Assembly (NCBI GenBank): GCA_028023455.1
Contig: JAQFVV010000004.1
Span: 11,718,001-11,782,000, forward strand
Source: Epiperipatus broadwayi
Taxonomy: Eukaryota > Animalia > Onychophora
DNA: 64,000 nt
Direction of reading: 5' to 3'
The translations under genes and the position numbers were made by a program. Every line of letters begins with the position of its first letter. The first letter of the stretch is position 1. The notes beneath the pieces were generated by a model. It did no database searches. It saw only the letters and a program-made list of their open reading frames with translations, and was not told the DNA's origin. Shown in pieces: positions 1 through 13,540 of this stretch.

Positions 1-440
1 AAATTTACATTGTACTTATACCCACCCAAACTCCTGTCTACTACCCATTGCTATAAATATAATATCATAACCAAGATATCAAAAATGCTTAGCTCAAGCT
101 AGAATATGTCTACAATAAAGCTTTTCTTATTTTAGCATTCCTAGCACTTCGAATTTAATTAAAATAATGTTTAAATTAATAGTTGTTCATGATATAATTT
201 ATATTTATTTTATATTTAAATTTAATATTGTATATTTTATTTTATATTACTTGAATTATTTTATTTTATGTGGATTTGATTCCATTTTTATCACATTTAA
301 TTTATTTTAGTTTTATTATGTTCTGTTATATTTTATTTTATATTCTATATTAGTTTTTTTATTTTTAAAATTTCATTGATTACATTTTTAATTTGTGTTT
401 TATTATATTATTTATCTAATTATTTATTTTGTCATTATAT

Positions 441-490
441 AATAGCTCTGAGAAAGATTTTAGGCCAGTTGAAATGTCAGGTATATACAA
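441..490 (+). ncRNA. Degenerate hammerhead-like motif of Penelope pLTR type
   Basis: CTGAGAA-a-gatt..agtt-GAAA-tgtc followed by aataaaaa. The core is a variant and the stems are imperfect. Confidence 0.3.
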
Positions 491-594
491 TAAAAAACTT
501 TTTGATAAAAAGTATTTGAAGTTAAGTAGATAAAGTGTATTTATATAAAATATTTTTGTCAAGTAATTTAAAATATATTTTATTGTCATTTAAG

Positions 595-737
595 ATAACT
601 CGAGGCAGGAGTCCTTATCTTGATGAAGATGATCATCATCTAACAATCCAGATTGAGTGGATCGAGTCCCATCTTCTTTATCACGCAAACTATCACCGTT
701 ACGATGACGTTAATCGTAGTCATACTTATCAGATGAG
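595..737 (+). CDS. Putative internal coding exon of the host gene (ITRGRSPYLDEDDHHL...DVNRSHTYQM-R, phase 0 to phase 2)
   Basis: GC- and CpG-richer block between acceptor ttttattgtcatttaag| and donor GAG|gtagat. Only one + frame is open and all minus frames are closed. Its phase-2 end fits the exon at 36785. Confidence 0.6.
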
Positions 738-892
738 GTAGATATATAATAATTTTTAACTATAAATAATTATAAGATAACTAATATATATATAAAGGAG
801 TATGTTAAATAAGATTTTTAATATTTCATTAATCACTTAATATATTAATTCATAATTTTTTATATTATATAAATTTCTATCATAGAATATTT

Positions 893-1411
893 ATATTTCA
901 CTTATGCAATGTAGAGGTATTACTTTGTCTAAACTGAAATGTAACAACAATAAATATAAGAAGCACATATATAGCACAGCTTTAATGATTAGTTTGGCTT
1001 AGTTTGCTTAGGTAACTTTCGACTGCTATGAGGCACACATAGCAGAATGGATGTATATATATATATATTGTTCATGCTAATTTACATATAGCATTATATA
1101 GGTTGGTAAGTCAATTTCTTAGATAAGAAATTAATGAAGTGTGGTACATTTCTAAAGACAAATACATCATTAATAAGAAAGAATTATGTGTTCCCTTGTC
1201 TAAGAAATTACCTACCCACCCTACATAATTCTATATGTAAATCATATGTAAATTAACATGAAGAACATATATATATATATACATATATTCTCCTTTACAA
1301 GTATTGCTACATTTATGACTCATAACATTCAAAAGCTAGCTAAGCAAACTAAGTCAAACTAATCATTTTCCTATGTACATGCTGCATATATTTATTGATA
1401 TTTCACTTATG
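893..1411. mobile_element. Inverted-repeat insertion with tail and 14-bp TSD
   Basis: Direct repeat ATATTTCACTTATG at 893-906 and 1398-1411. Imperfect inverted arms span 948-1397 (aatgattagtttggcttagtttgcttag / ctaagcaaactaagtcaaactaatcatt). Unpaired 41-bp segment at 907-947. Confidence 0.75.
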
Positions 1412-1591
1412 TATGTTTGTGTTTTAATGTTAATATTATCTTATTTATTGTTTCAATGTTACTATTATCAACAAATCAATTGCTGCAATTAATTTGGAAT
1501 TCTTATTAAATTCCCTAAGCATAAAATAAATATTAGATGTAAATTTATAAATAGTAGCTGTTTAAACATACAGTAAAATATTTTCACAGAC

Positions 1592-2050
1592 ATAAATCAT
1601 AAATAAACAATGAGGATTTCCAATTCCTCTACAAGCTTTGTGATAAATGCTTAGCCAGAGCCAGCACTTAAAATATCTCTGTCAGGAAGATCTATCAACC
1701 CCCTATAGCTATTTGAGTTAGATAACTGGGTTTGAAGACATGTAGATGCCTGAAAATTTCAGATTTTCCACTCAATAGATAACTTTTAGATAAGGGCTTG
1801 GCTTTGGGTTGGTATTTTTAGATCTAGTGTCTGAACCTACCCTGACACCTCTCTGAGGAGTGCCAAAGCATGAAACCATGGTCAGAGGTTGGGGGGGGGG
1901 TTCCTGACAGATATTTTAAGTGCTGGCTCTGGCTAAGCATTTATCACAAAGCTTGTAGAGCAATTGGCAATCCTCATTGTTTATAACTTACAAGCTTAAG
2001 AGATAAGGTCATGTGATCTATGACTCTTATTTTGACTATAAATCATAAAT
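1592..2050 (+). mobile_element. Hammerhead-bearing non-autonomous Penelope-like insertion (inverted arms plus tail, 13-bp TSD)
   Basis: Direct repeat ATAAATCATAAAT at 1592-1604 and 2038-2050. About 85-bp inverted arms at 1603-1687 and 1901-1984, tail at 1985-2037, internal hammerhead. Confidence 0.85.
1847..1889 (+). ncRNA. Minimal type I hammerhead ribozyme
   Basis: Stem I ACCTCT/AGAGGT, core CTGAGGA, stem II GTGC-caaa-GCAT, GAAA, palindromic stem III CCATGG, GUC cleavage triplet (after 1883). Confidence 0.85.
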
Positions 2051-3179
2051 GTTTAGGAAAAATTAAACAGGTAAATGAAAATTCAGTTATTACTATTAAG
2101 ACAGAATTATCACACACTGATAAACAAAATAAAAAACAAATGATAACAATCACATAAGATGAATGATTGAAGGTTTATGATGGTAGCATTTTATTTGTAG
2201 AAAAATGATTTGAAAAACATAAAGTAATCATTAGAAAGAAAAAGACAGATTTTTAAAAAAATAATGTACTAATGAGAAGGAAAAACAAGAATATTGGGTA
2301 AAAAGAAAGAAGTCAAAAGGAAGAAAATAAAAACGTTGCTGATATGAAAACGACTAATAATGTCATAAGCTAATGTAATGTCACAATATATTATGTTTCA
2401 AAACTATTCATTAATATAACTTAAAAAATAAAGAAACCATAAGAACATACATAGATAATAATTATATAAAATTTTCTACTGATTGTTTCTATTGATTGAA
2501 TAACATAACTAGTTACAGAATAATCTTATATTCAATATTCATAAATCTAAAATTCACCCATCAATTATTTCTTTTTGCTAGGTGTAACTGGTGAGGCCAT
2601 ATACATCTAAAAAAAGAGAATAATATTATTTCCAATATTTTGTTCTAGACTAAAAATGAATTATAATACCTTTTACATATTATTAAAAATATTTAACAAT
2701 TCAACAAGATGATAGAGATAGATCAACATATCTACAAATGTAAAATGAATAAATATTTTTCTATTTATAGAGTATACATATAAAATAAATTCATGAATTA
2801 TTTTTAATGTGAAATTATAATTTACTTAAGTTACAATAATGATAATAAGTAAACAGCCACTAGAAAATGAATATGATCAATTCTAACTCCAAAAAAAAAG
2901 TAAAAAGACAAGAAAAAGAAAGAGAAAAGCAGTTCTAGAATGAGTTTTGCAATGACTAAAGAAATCAATCTGTAAAACACAAATATGCCATATATAGAAC
3001 ACAATGGTCTATTTTGTATTTATTTGATATTTTACAATGTATTGCTTTATCTGACATATCTTTTTAATGGAAAGGATATTACACTTTTTTAGAATATCTT
3101 TGAAATAATTCTTGTAATGTAGATAGTCTACCTCTCCCATGCAAACTATGCTCAAATTCATAATAAAACACCTTGTTAG

Positions 3180-3530
3180 AATGTCTTGCCTTAACATATC
3201 ATACCATTAACACTTTTTTAGACACTTTATCAATATGTTTATTTGTATTAACTAACAGTTTCGACTATCCTGCAGTCATCATCAGAGTTACAATATTCAA
3301 ATATTTAATTATACAATTATTATACTTATCCAGGATAAGTGTAATAATTGTATAATTATATATTTGAATATTGTAGCTCTGATGATGACTGCAGGATAGT
3401 CGAAACTGTTAGTGTAATACAAATAATACAAATAAAAGAATTGATAAAGTGTCTAAAAAGGTGTTAATGGTATATGTTATAATAGAAATCAATACATAGG
3501 AAAAGAAGAAGTAGAAAATGTCTTGCCTTA
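3180..3530. mobile_element. Palindromic Penelope-like insertion with two inverted hammerhead-like cores and 14-bp TSD
   Basis: Direct repeat AATGTCTTGCCTTA at 3180-3193 and 3517-3530. Palindrome 3192-3479 centred near 3332, tail 3480-3516. CTGATGA-t-GACT..AGTC-GAAAC at 3379-3406 (+) and its mirror at about 3258-3285 (-). Confidence 0.8.
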
Positions 3531-5590
3531 TCATTCATTTTAAATATTCTATCCTATGAAGATGTTTGATTTTACAAAAGTGTAATATATAGTATTATAT
3601 CTGTGACATTAAAAAATATTAATTCATTTTATAACCTTGCCATTATACTATCCTTTAACTTGTTAAAAGTAGCTTCTATGGCACATCTCAATCGTAAGTC
3701 CATTTTTTATACTTATAAAATTTATCAAGATATTTAAAATAGTTTACATTCTCAAACTGATAACCATTCTTGCAAGCTACTGCCCCCTATCACTGGCTGA
3801 TAAATAACTTGAGTGTTTTGAACATTAATTAATAAACCAACATCTCTACATATTACATTCAAAACATTAAGTATATTCTGTGAATAATCAAAGGAACAGG
3901 AAAAAATAGCACAATGAGCTATCATATAGACTTAAAAAAATGATGGATACATCAGTTTTCATTCAAAGACCTCAGATTTTTCACCTGTAATAATAATACT
4001 TCTTCTCATTCCATCACATGGAAACATATAATATAAATAAATTTTGATAGATAACCAACTAATTTCAAGCAATATCATAAATCTGTTCTAATTGATTGAA
4101 TCAAATACCTTGACAAAATCAATAAAATCAATATATATATATTTCTTTGTTCCTAACACTGTTCTTAGATTTACCTGCCACAAACATGTATTTGATAAAT
4201 GAGATCAAAGAAGTGACAAAATGAATATATACAAAAATACATTAAAAACTTCTGGAATTTCAGTAATATAGGAAAGAGAGAAAGCTAAATAGAAATAAAT
4301 ATCAAATAAAAATATTTCTATATCTTTTTTTCAAAACCTATATCTATCAATAAATAGATCATTTTGAAAGGAAGTATATGTATAGTAATAATGATTGTAT
4401 ACATTTAACACTTAAATACAAGTTATAAATTTCTACAGATTATTTTTTATAGTAAATGATAGTAACAAATCAACCTTTTTAAATTAAAATTAAATGGAAT
4501 TTTGGGATATATATTCAGAATTGGGGTAGTGTGTGTTTACAAATGGAACTTGATAGATTAAAGAACAAAGCATCGCTTTTTGTTTTGCCTATTAAAAAAA
4601 TTTTTTTTTTAGAATATTGATGTATTCTTATTATAATCAGTAATTATATATACAATGATAATGTAATATATTTTTGTCATCTTCTATACATAAATCTTTA
4701 TATAGACCAATAAAATCATTGTTGAAAGATAAATGTGATGTTGTGAAATCAAAGTTTAAAATAAGTCATTAATAATAAAATTCTTTTATTTATTGTTAAT
4801 AGGCAAAGAGTGTAATTACAGTAATAACAAAATAAATTTTATAGGTATCTATCTAGGTTTAACTGCAGAATTAAAAATCATTTATGTTTGTCACATATAT
4901 GGATGTATTTCATCATAAAATGTATTAATATAATTTGATGTAGATTTCACCAATATTGGGAATGATGTCATAAATTTTTGATCATAGTGCGTTGATTTAT
5001 TTTTAGTCGTTTTAGTTACGAAATTTGACTCAATTAGAAATTTTATGTCTTGGTTCTGTTGTTGCAATGAAATACAAACCATTCTGTAGAAAGTTAAAAT
5101 TACTTTCTTAAATGTCTTTAAATAACATTAAGCAATTTCTTCAAATTTATTTCTTTTTAATTTGCAATTTTCTTTTTAAAATCAATATATCAATTTGATT
5201 CTTCTTTGGGTATTTTTTTCATCTTCTATACACTCTTTTAGCTTATTTAGTTAATATTTTCTTCATATATATATAATAAATCATTGGAATTAACTGTACA
5301 ATTTTCAATATATCAATCAATGAATAAATAAAAACTATAACCAGTTTATTCCATAACTATTATCCTGAATAGCAATTTGTAGTTATAATTTTTTAAAAAG
5401 TCAAAATCTCATTAATATCACATATCATATAATATTGTTCCCATGTAAACAGCCAACTTTTACACAATTATATTGTTTATTTAATAAATCATTCATCATA
5501 TGTACAAAATATGTCTCTTCACTTTTAATCTGATATTGCATATATGTAAATTAGAAGTAAACAACTTTTATGAACTGTGAATATATATAT

Positions 5591-5795
5591 CATCATCATC
5601 AGCCATTATCAATCCACTGCAGGATGGGGGTCTCTCCAAGTTTAATCCATCTTCTCCAATCTTTAGCTTCTCTTCTCCACATCACCCCTGCATACTTTCT
5701 TATTTCATCCATCCATCTCACATGTGATCTCTTTTTGGGTCTTTTACAATCTCATGGAATCCAGTTTAAGATTTCAATTGTCCATCTATTATCAT
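5591..5795 (-). mobile_element. RTE-clade LINE, 5'-truncated 3' end
   Basis: Minus translation DNRWTIEILNWIP*DCKRPKKRSHVRWMDEIRK...LQWIDNG* followed by a (TGA)n tail, typical of the RTE C-terminus. Homologous to 13541-13790. Confidence 0.8.
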
Positions 5796-7616
5796 ATATA
5801 TGTCCATACTTATTGTAAGCCTTGAATTTTAAATAAGGTTTGATTTCTCTGATTAATGTGGAAATAAGGGTAAATTTCTAACTGAAGTCAGATATAATTG
5901 CAGAGACAATAGTTTGAATTTATATTTTATTTTATGATTCTCAGTTACAAAATATCACAAAATATTTGATAGCAATTGATGTCACTTTTGGCTTTTTTCA
6001 TTTTCTTGCAAGTATCTACTGCACTATTTTACCAATCTTATATTCATTTGATAATAGAAACTGAAACTAAAGTAAATATTGCTTTATTACTTCAAAAGAA
6101 AATCTGAAGATGTCAGTATTCAATAGAGAAAATCCTCTAAATGAGCTGCTAATGATGTTGATTGGTAGAATCTTTGAGAGAGCAATTGCAAGACTATTTA
6201 GAAATTCCCTAATACTGCTGGCAAAGAAAAAATATATAATTTCCATAGTTTATTTAAGTATTCATGATTATTTTTACAAAATAATTGCATAATAATTGTT
6301 TTAAAAAAATACTTTTTCTGATTATACTTAGATTTTATTTGAATATATTTTATTTTTAAAAATATAAAGTTAAGAAACTCATAGTAATGGTAAAAATGAA
6401 ACTACAATTGTATCATCCTACCAAACACTATACACAGAATCCTTGTAATGTTTTAATAATTATAAATGCAATTTTAAATTTTAAAATAGAATTTCATAGC
6501 TCTTAACAATAATTTATTTAGGTTTTAAAAATGAAGTATAATTAACTGTGATTTTATTATTTTTTTACCAATAATGCAATACTCATCCAAAAAGAAAACA
6601 CTTGGGCTGATTTTTGTTTGTAAACTTATGTTTATAATAAATAAAGTGCAATTTATTAATTCATAATTTAGAATAAAAATTTTAATCATAAAATGTTGAA
6701 TTATTACTCAAACTGCCACAAGGAAATAGTGCAAAATAAACCATGAGATGTTGAAGGGTTAAGTAGACAAAAGTAGGATATGGAATTTTATTCTATAAAT
6801 CTTTGCAATGGAAGTCAAACAGTTAAAAGTATTTTAATAATCACAGTGCTAAATTGTATGCAAATGAATAAAAATAAATCAGCTTTCATGGACTGTGAAA
6901 CTATAAATGAAATAAATTTACATTGTTATAGTCCATGAAAACTTCTCTGCTTTGGTTTCATTCACATATACTTGGGTGATGTATTTATTAGAATATATAA
7001 ATATGCATATGGAAAAATGTATAAAGCAAAATAATAAACTGTAATTTCTGATTGACCAAAATATAATAATTATGTATGTCCTTTCTCTTTAAAATTGGAC
7101 TTTTTATATTTTCAAATAATGTAAAAACTTTATGTAATATTCTACACTATTTTGAATTATAATTAAAGATGTACAAAAACTTGATGCAGATAAAAATATT
7201 TAAAAAAAATTGGTCTTGCTAGTCTTGTATTGTCATAGTTCACAATTTAGTTGTTTATTTTATACATCTATTATCTTATTTCATAATGAGATTACTAGAG
7301 GAAGCTCTAAAGCAGCATTATTATAAAAAAATTTAGTCATCTGTGTAAATGCAAATTTTGAGTAACAAATTGAACTATTTTTTCAAAACATATTTTCAAT
7401 GGTATTTGGAATAACACTTTGAGATTAACAATTAGCCTTTCCCTTCCTTTACCTTTCTGACACTCTCTACATTTTTTTCCATAAAGATTTTACCTTTTTA
7501 AATGCTTTTATTTAATTTAATACTTCTGTTTATTTGGGTTGAACCTTGTAGCCAATTTTTAACATACATCTATTGGACAAATTTTCTTCAAATTTTGTAT
7601 ATGTTTTCAGCTTTGA

Positions 7617-7745
7617 CATCAATGCAATTTAACAATGCATTATACAGGATTGTCCAGCCTAACAGTGTTAATCATATTCAAATCATTTTAATAAGTTTGA
7701 GTCATGCATTATAGACTATGTAATATTTTTAAATAGACTTTTGTT
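7617..7745. repeat. Dispersed duplicate of 8505-8610
   Basis: tcaatgcaatttaacaat.cattatacaggattgtccagcctaacagt is near-identical at both sites. Confidence 0.75.
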
Positions 7746-8504
7746 TAACCTTTTAACAATTAGTTGCTCTTATAATTTCCTATTGGCCTAGTAAATTAAA
7801 GTTTTAAACTTTTGATTGGACAATTGCAGAATCAGCAGTAAAAATATATTAGTCTTTTAATATTAGATTAGTTTTAGTTTTGTTTGTAGAAAGCAAATTA
7901 ATAATTTGTCTGATTATGAAAGTGAATGAAAGTTTTTCCAAAAATAAATTTTTATTTATAATTATAAAAATATTCTATAGTGGTGAACCTAAAAAGAACA
8001 TTCATAATCTATTAGAAAATGCTTCATATGTCATTAACTTCTTTTTCAATTTATGTTTGTGTAAAAGTAATGAATATTTACTAAAATTTTAATTACTTTT
8101 TTAAAATAATTATATTTTCAGCATATTTTATCAAAATAATTTATAATATATAAAAAAATACTAAAAAAATACTCTAAAACATTCATTTTCATTTTCAAAA
8201 TCATAACAAAGAACATGTAGCAGTGAAAATTATTGACAAGTGCTCCCTTTTGTTCAAAATGACAAACAACCAATTAGCATCTAGGAAAGCCTGTCTTCTC
8301 CCATTGTTATAGCTTCAAATTTAAATAGTATTGATTTTTACTTGTAAAATAATTCTAGAGAGGGCAATATCTTATGGTACTTTTTAAACTTTAAAATGAG
8401 TGTAAATTCTCTATGATAACATAAAAAATTGCCAGTTTTAAAGTGAGTTAAAGTGATATTTGACTATAGATGAAGATGACAGTTAATCATGTTTTCATCT
8501 TTTA

Positions 8505-9000
8505 TATCAATGCAATTTAACAATACATTATACAGGATTGTCCAGCCTAACAGTATTAATCACATTCAAATCATTTTGAGATGATGTAATATTTTTTAAA
8601 TAGACTTTTATTTTATTTGAGGAAGAACAATTTTAGGGCATCAATAGTTAATTTAAATAGAAAAAAAATGAAATGAAGAATGAAAGTTTAATTTTCCTTT
8701 GGATTGTTTGCATTAAATATGCTTTTTTAAATTGCTGCCTTAATAAAAACAACTTTCATATGGACTTTTTTTTTAATTTTGATCACATTCAAATCAATTC
8801 AGTAAGTTTTTAGTTTTATGCAATAAATGGCACTATTTTTTTAATAAAATACTTTCATTTAATTTGATGTCAAAATTTTAGGGTGTCTGCAGATTATTAA
8901 AATAGAAAGAAAAAGAAAGGAAAAATGAAATCTTAATTTTCCTCTGAATTATTTATAATAAAGTTGCTTTGTTAAACTTCTGCCTTATATCCAAACAATA
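8505..9000. repeat. Diverged local tandem/segmental repeat
   Basis: 8630-8750 resembles 8875-8995 (ttttaggg...aaatagaaa...ttaattttcct...ctgcctta). The first part is also copied at 7617. Confidence 0.5.
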
Positions 9001-9334
9001 AAAAATAATATATATATTTTAAAAAATACATTTATTTAATTTGAGGATTACTACACTAGAAAGCAAAAAAAAATTGTTTTCTAGGATCATAATTTTGGTT
9101 GTTATGTGTAAATTTAAATAAAAGTTTGTTGTATCTATACATTAATTAATTCAAGCAATACAATTTGTGATCTAAATACTCTATTATTTTTTTAATTAAT
9201 TTATGAATGTCCCACACTTTTCTCTAAAGTTACCTATAACAATTAAAATTGTAATCCAAGAAAAAAATATTTGTTGCTATTTAATATTAAATATAAGTAT
9301 ATTGTCTATAGTAAACTTAATGTAATTAGAAAGG

Positions 9335-9494
9335 ACTTGAACTCAGACTTTCAAGCTCTTTATAGACATGCACTCAATCTTATATAACCGATACACATGA
9401 CAACATACATGTGAAAAAGATAAATGATCTCCAACCAGTACTCATCAGTTGATCCAGATTATCATATCTCACACATATATACAATCAGTGCTCA
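9335..9494 (-). mobile_element. Degenerate copy of the 15146-15506 family
   Basis: Reverse complement tgagcact..tatatgtgtgagatatgataatctggatcaactgatga..atttatctttttcacatgtatg aligns with 15315-15425. Confidence 0.6.
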
Positions 9495-9929
9495 CTTTAT
9501 AATAATATAGAAAATCTTCAAATTTTAAAAGACAAGCTTCAATCTTCTCTACATTCCAACTCTTCAGCTATTCACATCATTGAAAATTCTATGGTGAAAC
9601 ACTGATTGGATATATGTGTGGGAGTTATTGCTATTTAATACATTAGTCCTCAAATTAAATAAAAGCACTTTTTATTATGTGAGATTTAGAATTTAATAAG
9701 TCAAACAAAAAAAAAGTTAAAACAATAAGAATATGCATTAAATAAAAAGTTTTATAAAATGTTAATTTTTTTTTAAGTTGTTTTAAAATAAATTTATTAA
9801 ACATAGTAATATACAGTTAAACTTTATAAAAAATTACATAGCATTCAGAATAAAACTTTAATAGGTCAATGCAGAGAAAAAGATATCTTAATAAGGCTAA
9901 GAGGAAAATAAAACTTTCATCCAAGTACC

Positions 9930-10290
9930 ATCATGTAGATGCATAAGTGAAAGCAGAGAGTCTCACTGCTTGAATTGGTGAAGGAGCTTGATAAAGACAG
10001 TTAGAGCTGAATCCTGAGAATGACCAAAGATGAGTCTGCAATGCATCAACCATAAAGAAAATGTTATAAAGATAGATAATCTTATTGCTGCAAAAGATCC
10101 CTTCTTGAGAGTATTAGATACAGAAAGAGCATCCCTAAGATCCAGAGAGACATTTGCAACAATAAAGTCCCTAATCGACTTAAGAGCAGGACAAATATAG
10201 AAAATATGGTGTATTGTCTCATCATACAATCTACACAACTGAATAATGAATAACTTTATGAAAAATTCACAATAAAGCATCGTTTTATGA
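9930..10290 (-). mobile_element. L1/Tx1-clade LINE ORF2 C-terminal fragment (zf-RVT)
   Basis: ORF 9963-10280 contains CRLYDETIHHIFYICP and FSLWLMHCRLIF. Confidence 0.75.
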
Positions 10291-11290
10291 TTTGAAGCAT
10301 TATGACTTTTAATTTAATTTATAAAAGTTAATAAAAATTAAAAATAATAATTAATGCATTTCAGATAACTTTAATATTTTTTTGTTTGGTGAGTTCTCAA
10401 TACCTCTCCAAATCATCTAGTTTAATATTTTAGCTTTATGTGTTCTATTCTGGGATGTTTTTCAAGCAGGTTTTTTGAGTCTAATTTTGAAATCAACGGA
10501 TGCTGAATCAGTAGGAAAATACTAGCCTCTTCATCATGGATGAACTCTGCAACATTATTAAAATTTATATTTTATTGTTTTATACCTATTATCCAAAATT
10601 AGCTTGAGACTAGCTTTAATCATTAGGTAAGAATATTCATTTACTAATAAATAAATGAAAAAAATTGCCATAGGCCATCTACCAAGATTAAAAACGTTTC
10701 ACATATTATTTGTAATACGTACTTTAAATTCTATTTCTTTCCTTTTTTTAAAAAAAAAATGTTCTAAAAGATTTTATCCATTTATTTTTCATTACTTGTG
10801 AATACTTTTTAAAATATTTGGCTCTAAAATATATTTTTCAATGCTTTCACTTTTACATTAACATGATAACCTATCATTATAGCTGACACTTTTATTCAGT
10901 GTACAACATTTACCCGTTTTTGCTGAATATATCCATAAATATAATATATGTATATTTAAAAATACTTGTAACATATTACTTTGATTTATTTTAACACTTT
11001 ATTTCCTGTTTCAAGTTATTCTCTTTTTTAAATGTATTAATTTACAATTAAATAACAATCATAATTATAATAATCGTAACGTTATATTTTTATTTGTTTC
11101 ACATTATATGTTAAATAATATATGCGACATATATATCTCATAAGTGATTCAGTGATTATGAGAAGCTTGAAGATAAATTTATGGAATACAGTTTCATTTT
11201 AATCATATTAATATATATATATATATGATTAAATCATTTTTATTAAGATAATTTATTTTGTCGATAGCAAAATTTATTAAACTATATTTG

Positions 11291-11367
11291 ATTATTATTA
11301 TTATTATTGTTATTAATTAATTAATTATTATTATTATTATTATTATTATTAATTAATTAATTAATTA

Positions 11368-11454
<87 letters not shown>
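11291..11454. repeat. Compound microsatellite (ATT)n-(TTAA)n-(AAT)28
   Basis: Read directly from the sequence. Confidence 0.95.
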
Positions 11455-11455
11455 T

Positions 11456-13110
11456 CATTTCAATTCAATTCAATTTATTTAATTACAGAATTGCAATATA
11501 ACAACTATACAATAATATACATAAATAATATACATAAATGAGTAAAAGTGATAAAAATAATATAATTATATGCCATACTTTTTTATAAGATAAGTAACAA
11601 ATTTTTTAAAGTTTAAAGAAAAATTATTTTCATTAGTAAAATCATGATTATAGGTATTAGGCAAATGAAACAAAGGTGAAAATTTTAATATGTTAGAGTG
11701 ACAAACTTTAATATAAAATAAAGTAAATTTGCGTGTTTTATGTAAACAATTATTAAAAATAATATTTGAAATTTTGTTAGTTAATATAATTTTTTGATTC
11801 ACAAGGTTATATAAAGTTTTAAGATCTCTCATTTTTTTTCTAATGGATAGGGATAGATAATGGTCTTTTAACTTAATGTACTTAAAAAATTTATCATAAA
11901 CCAATTGAATTTTAATAATATCTCGATTGGAACTGGGATTCTAAACAACAGATCCATATTCTAAAATAGGCAAAACCAAAGAAAGAAATAATTTATATTT
12001 TGTAAAACTACTAAATTGCCTACCATGTCTTAAAATTGCACACATAATTTTAAAAGCCTTATTTACTATATTTTCAATATGATGCAAAAATAATTCCAAT
12101 GTTTTTCTGAATATCAACAAATTTTATATTATGATCTTCAATATAATAAGGACAAATTATCATTTCAGATTTTTTGGAATAAGAAACTGTTGAACACTAA
12201 TTAATATGCATTTTATTATCTCTACACCATTTCACAAAATTATTAATATATTTTTGTAATCATATGCAATTATTAATTGAGTTGATATTTCTAAAAATTT
12301 TACAATCATCTGCATAACATAGAATATGCAAAAATTACAAACTCTCTCCCAAATCATCAATATAACTGTTAAGCAATAATGGCACAAGGATACTGCCCTG
12401 AGGTACTCCTATATTACAATAATATGGATTAGAAGAATTATTTTTAAACTTTACATAAGCTGTTCTCTTCTTAATAAAAGATTCAAACCATGCAACCAAA
12501 TTATAGGAAAAACCTAATTTATACATTTTGAAAAGCAACCTGGAATGATCCACTTTATCAAATGCCTTGGATAAATCAAAATAAACAACATCTAAATGAC
12601 ATTGATTCTCAAAGGCATTAGCAATGTGATCAGTTATTGTTAAAAGATTAGTTTCAGTTGATCTTCCAGGTAAAAAACCATGTTGCACAGAGAACAAAAT
12701 CTTATTTATGTCATTAACAATTTTCTTATAAACACATCTTTCAAATATGTGTGCAACTGTATGAAGCACAGAAATTGGTCTATAATTATCTTTTGAACCA
12801 TTTTTAAACATAGGTATAACTTTGGCAAGTTTTAGAGAGTTGGGAAAAATACAATTTTTAATGGAACAATTAAGAATATAACAGAAAGGAGCAGCAATAT
12901 ATTCTACACAACCTTTATAAATGAAAGAAGGTATATTGTCATAACCTATACTTGAATGTGTTTTGAGTTCTTTGACAGCTGATATAATATCACTATTGTT
13001 GAAACAATTGATAGAAATGCTATCATTAAAACATCCCTTAGTCAAATTAAACCCAGACAGTTGAGAATTTCCAAATAATTCAGAAAAGTGAACTGAAAAG
13101 TCATCAGCAC

Positions 13111-13111
<1 letters not shown>
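11456..13111 (-). mobile_element. 5'-truncated CR1/L2/Jockey-group LINE with reverse transcriptase (decayed)
   Basis: ORF 12335-13045 has NYRPIS, QHGF, DLSKAFD and GVPQGS. YADD follows just past the stop, and the C-terminal ORF is 11566-11904. The 3' end is AATAAA(TTGAA)n, and both flanks are (AAT)n. Confidence 0.92.
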
Positions 13112-13190
<79 letters not shown>

Positions 13191-13215
13191 TAATAATAAC
13201 AACAACAACAACAAC

Positions 13216-13260
<45 letters not shown>
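13112..13260. repeat. (AAT)n/(AAC)n microsatellite
   Basis: Read directly from the sequence. Confidence 0.95.
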
Positions 13261-13262
<2 letters not shown>

Positions 13263-13540
13263 CTACAATAATAATACTGTCACTGCTTCTGTTGCTGCTA
13301 CTTCTATTACTGCTACTACCACTACCACCATCACTACCTCAACCAACCTTAATAATAATAAACAACCACTCATAAACAAGTAAGGCCATTTTCAAGTTAA
13401 ACAAAGGAAAGAAAAAGGAAAGAGAGGGGAAAACTTAGATAGTTATGCTATTTTGGAATATTTACATTGATTACATGATTAATATATTGTACACTATTAG
13501 GAGACATTTTTCTTATGAGAAATAAAAAAAGTTGTATAGT

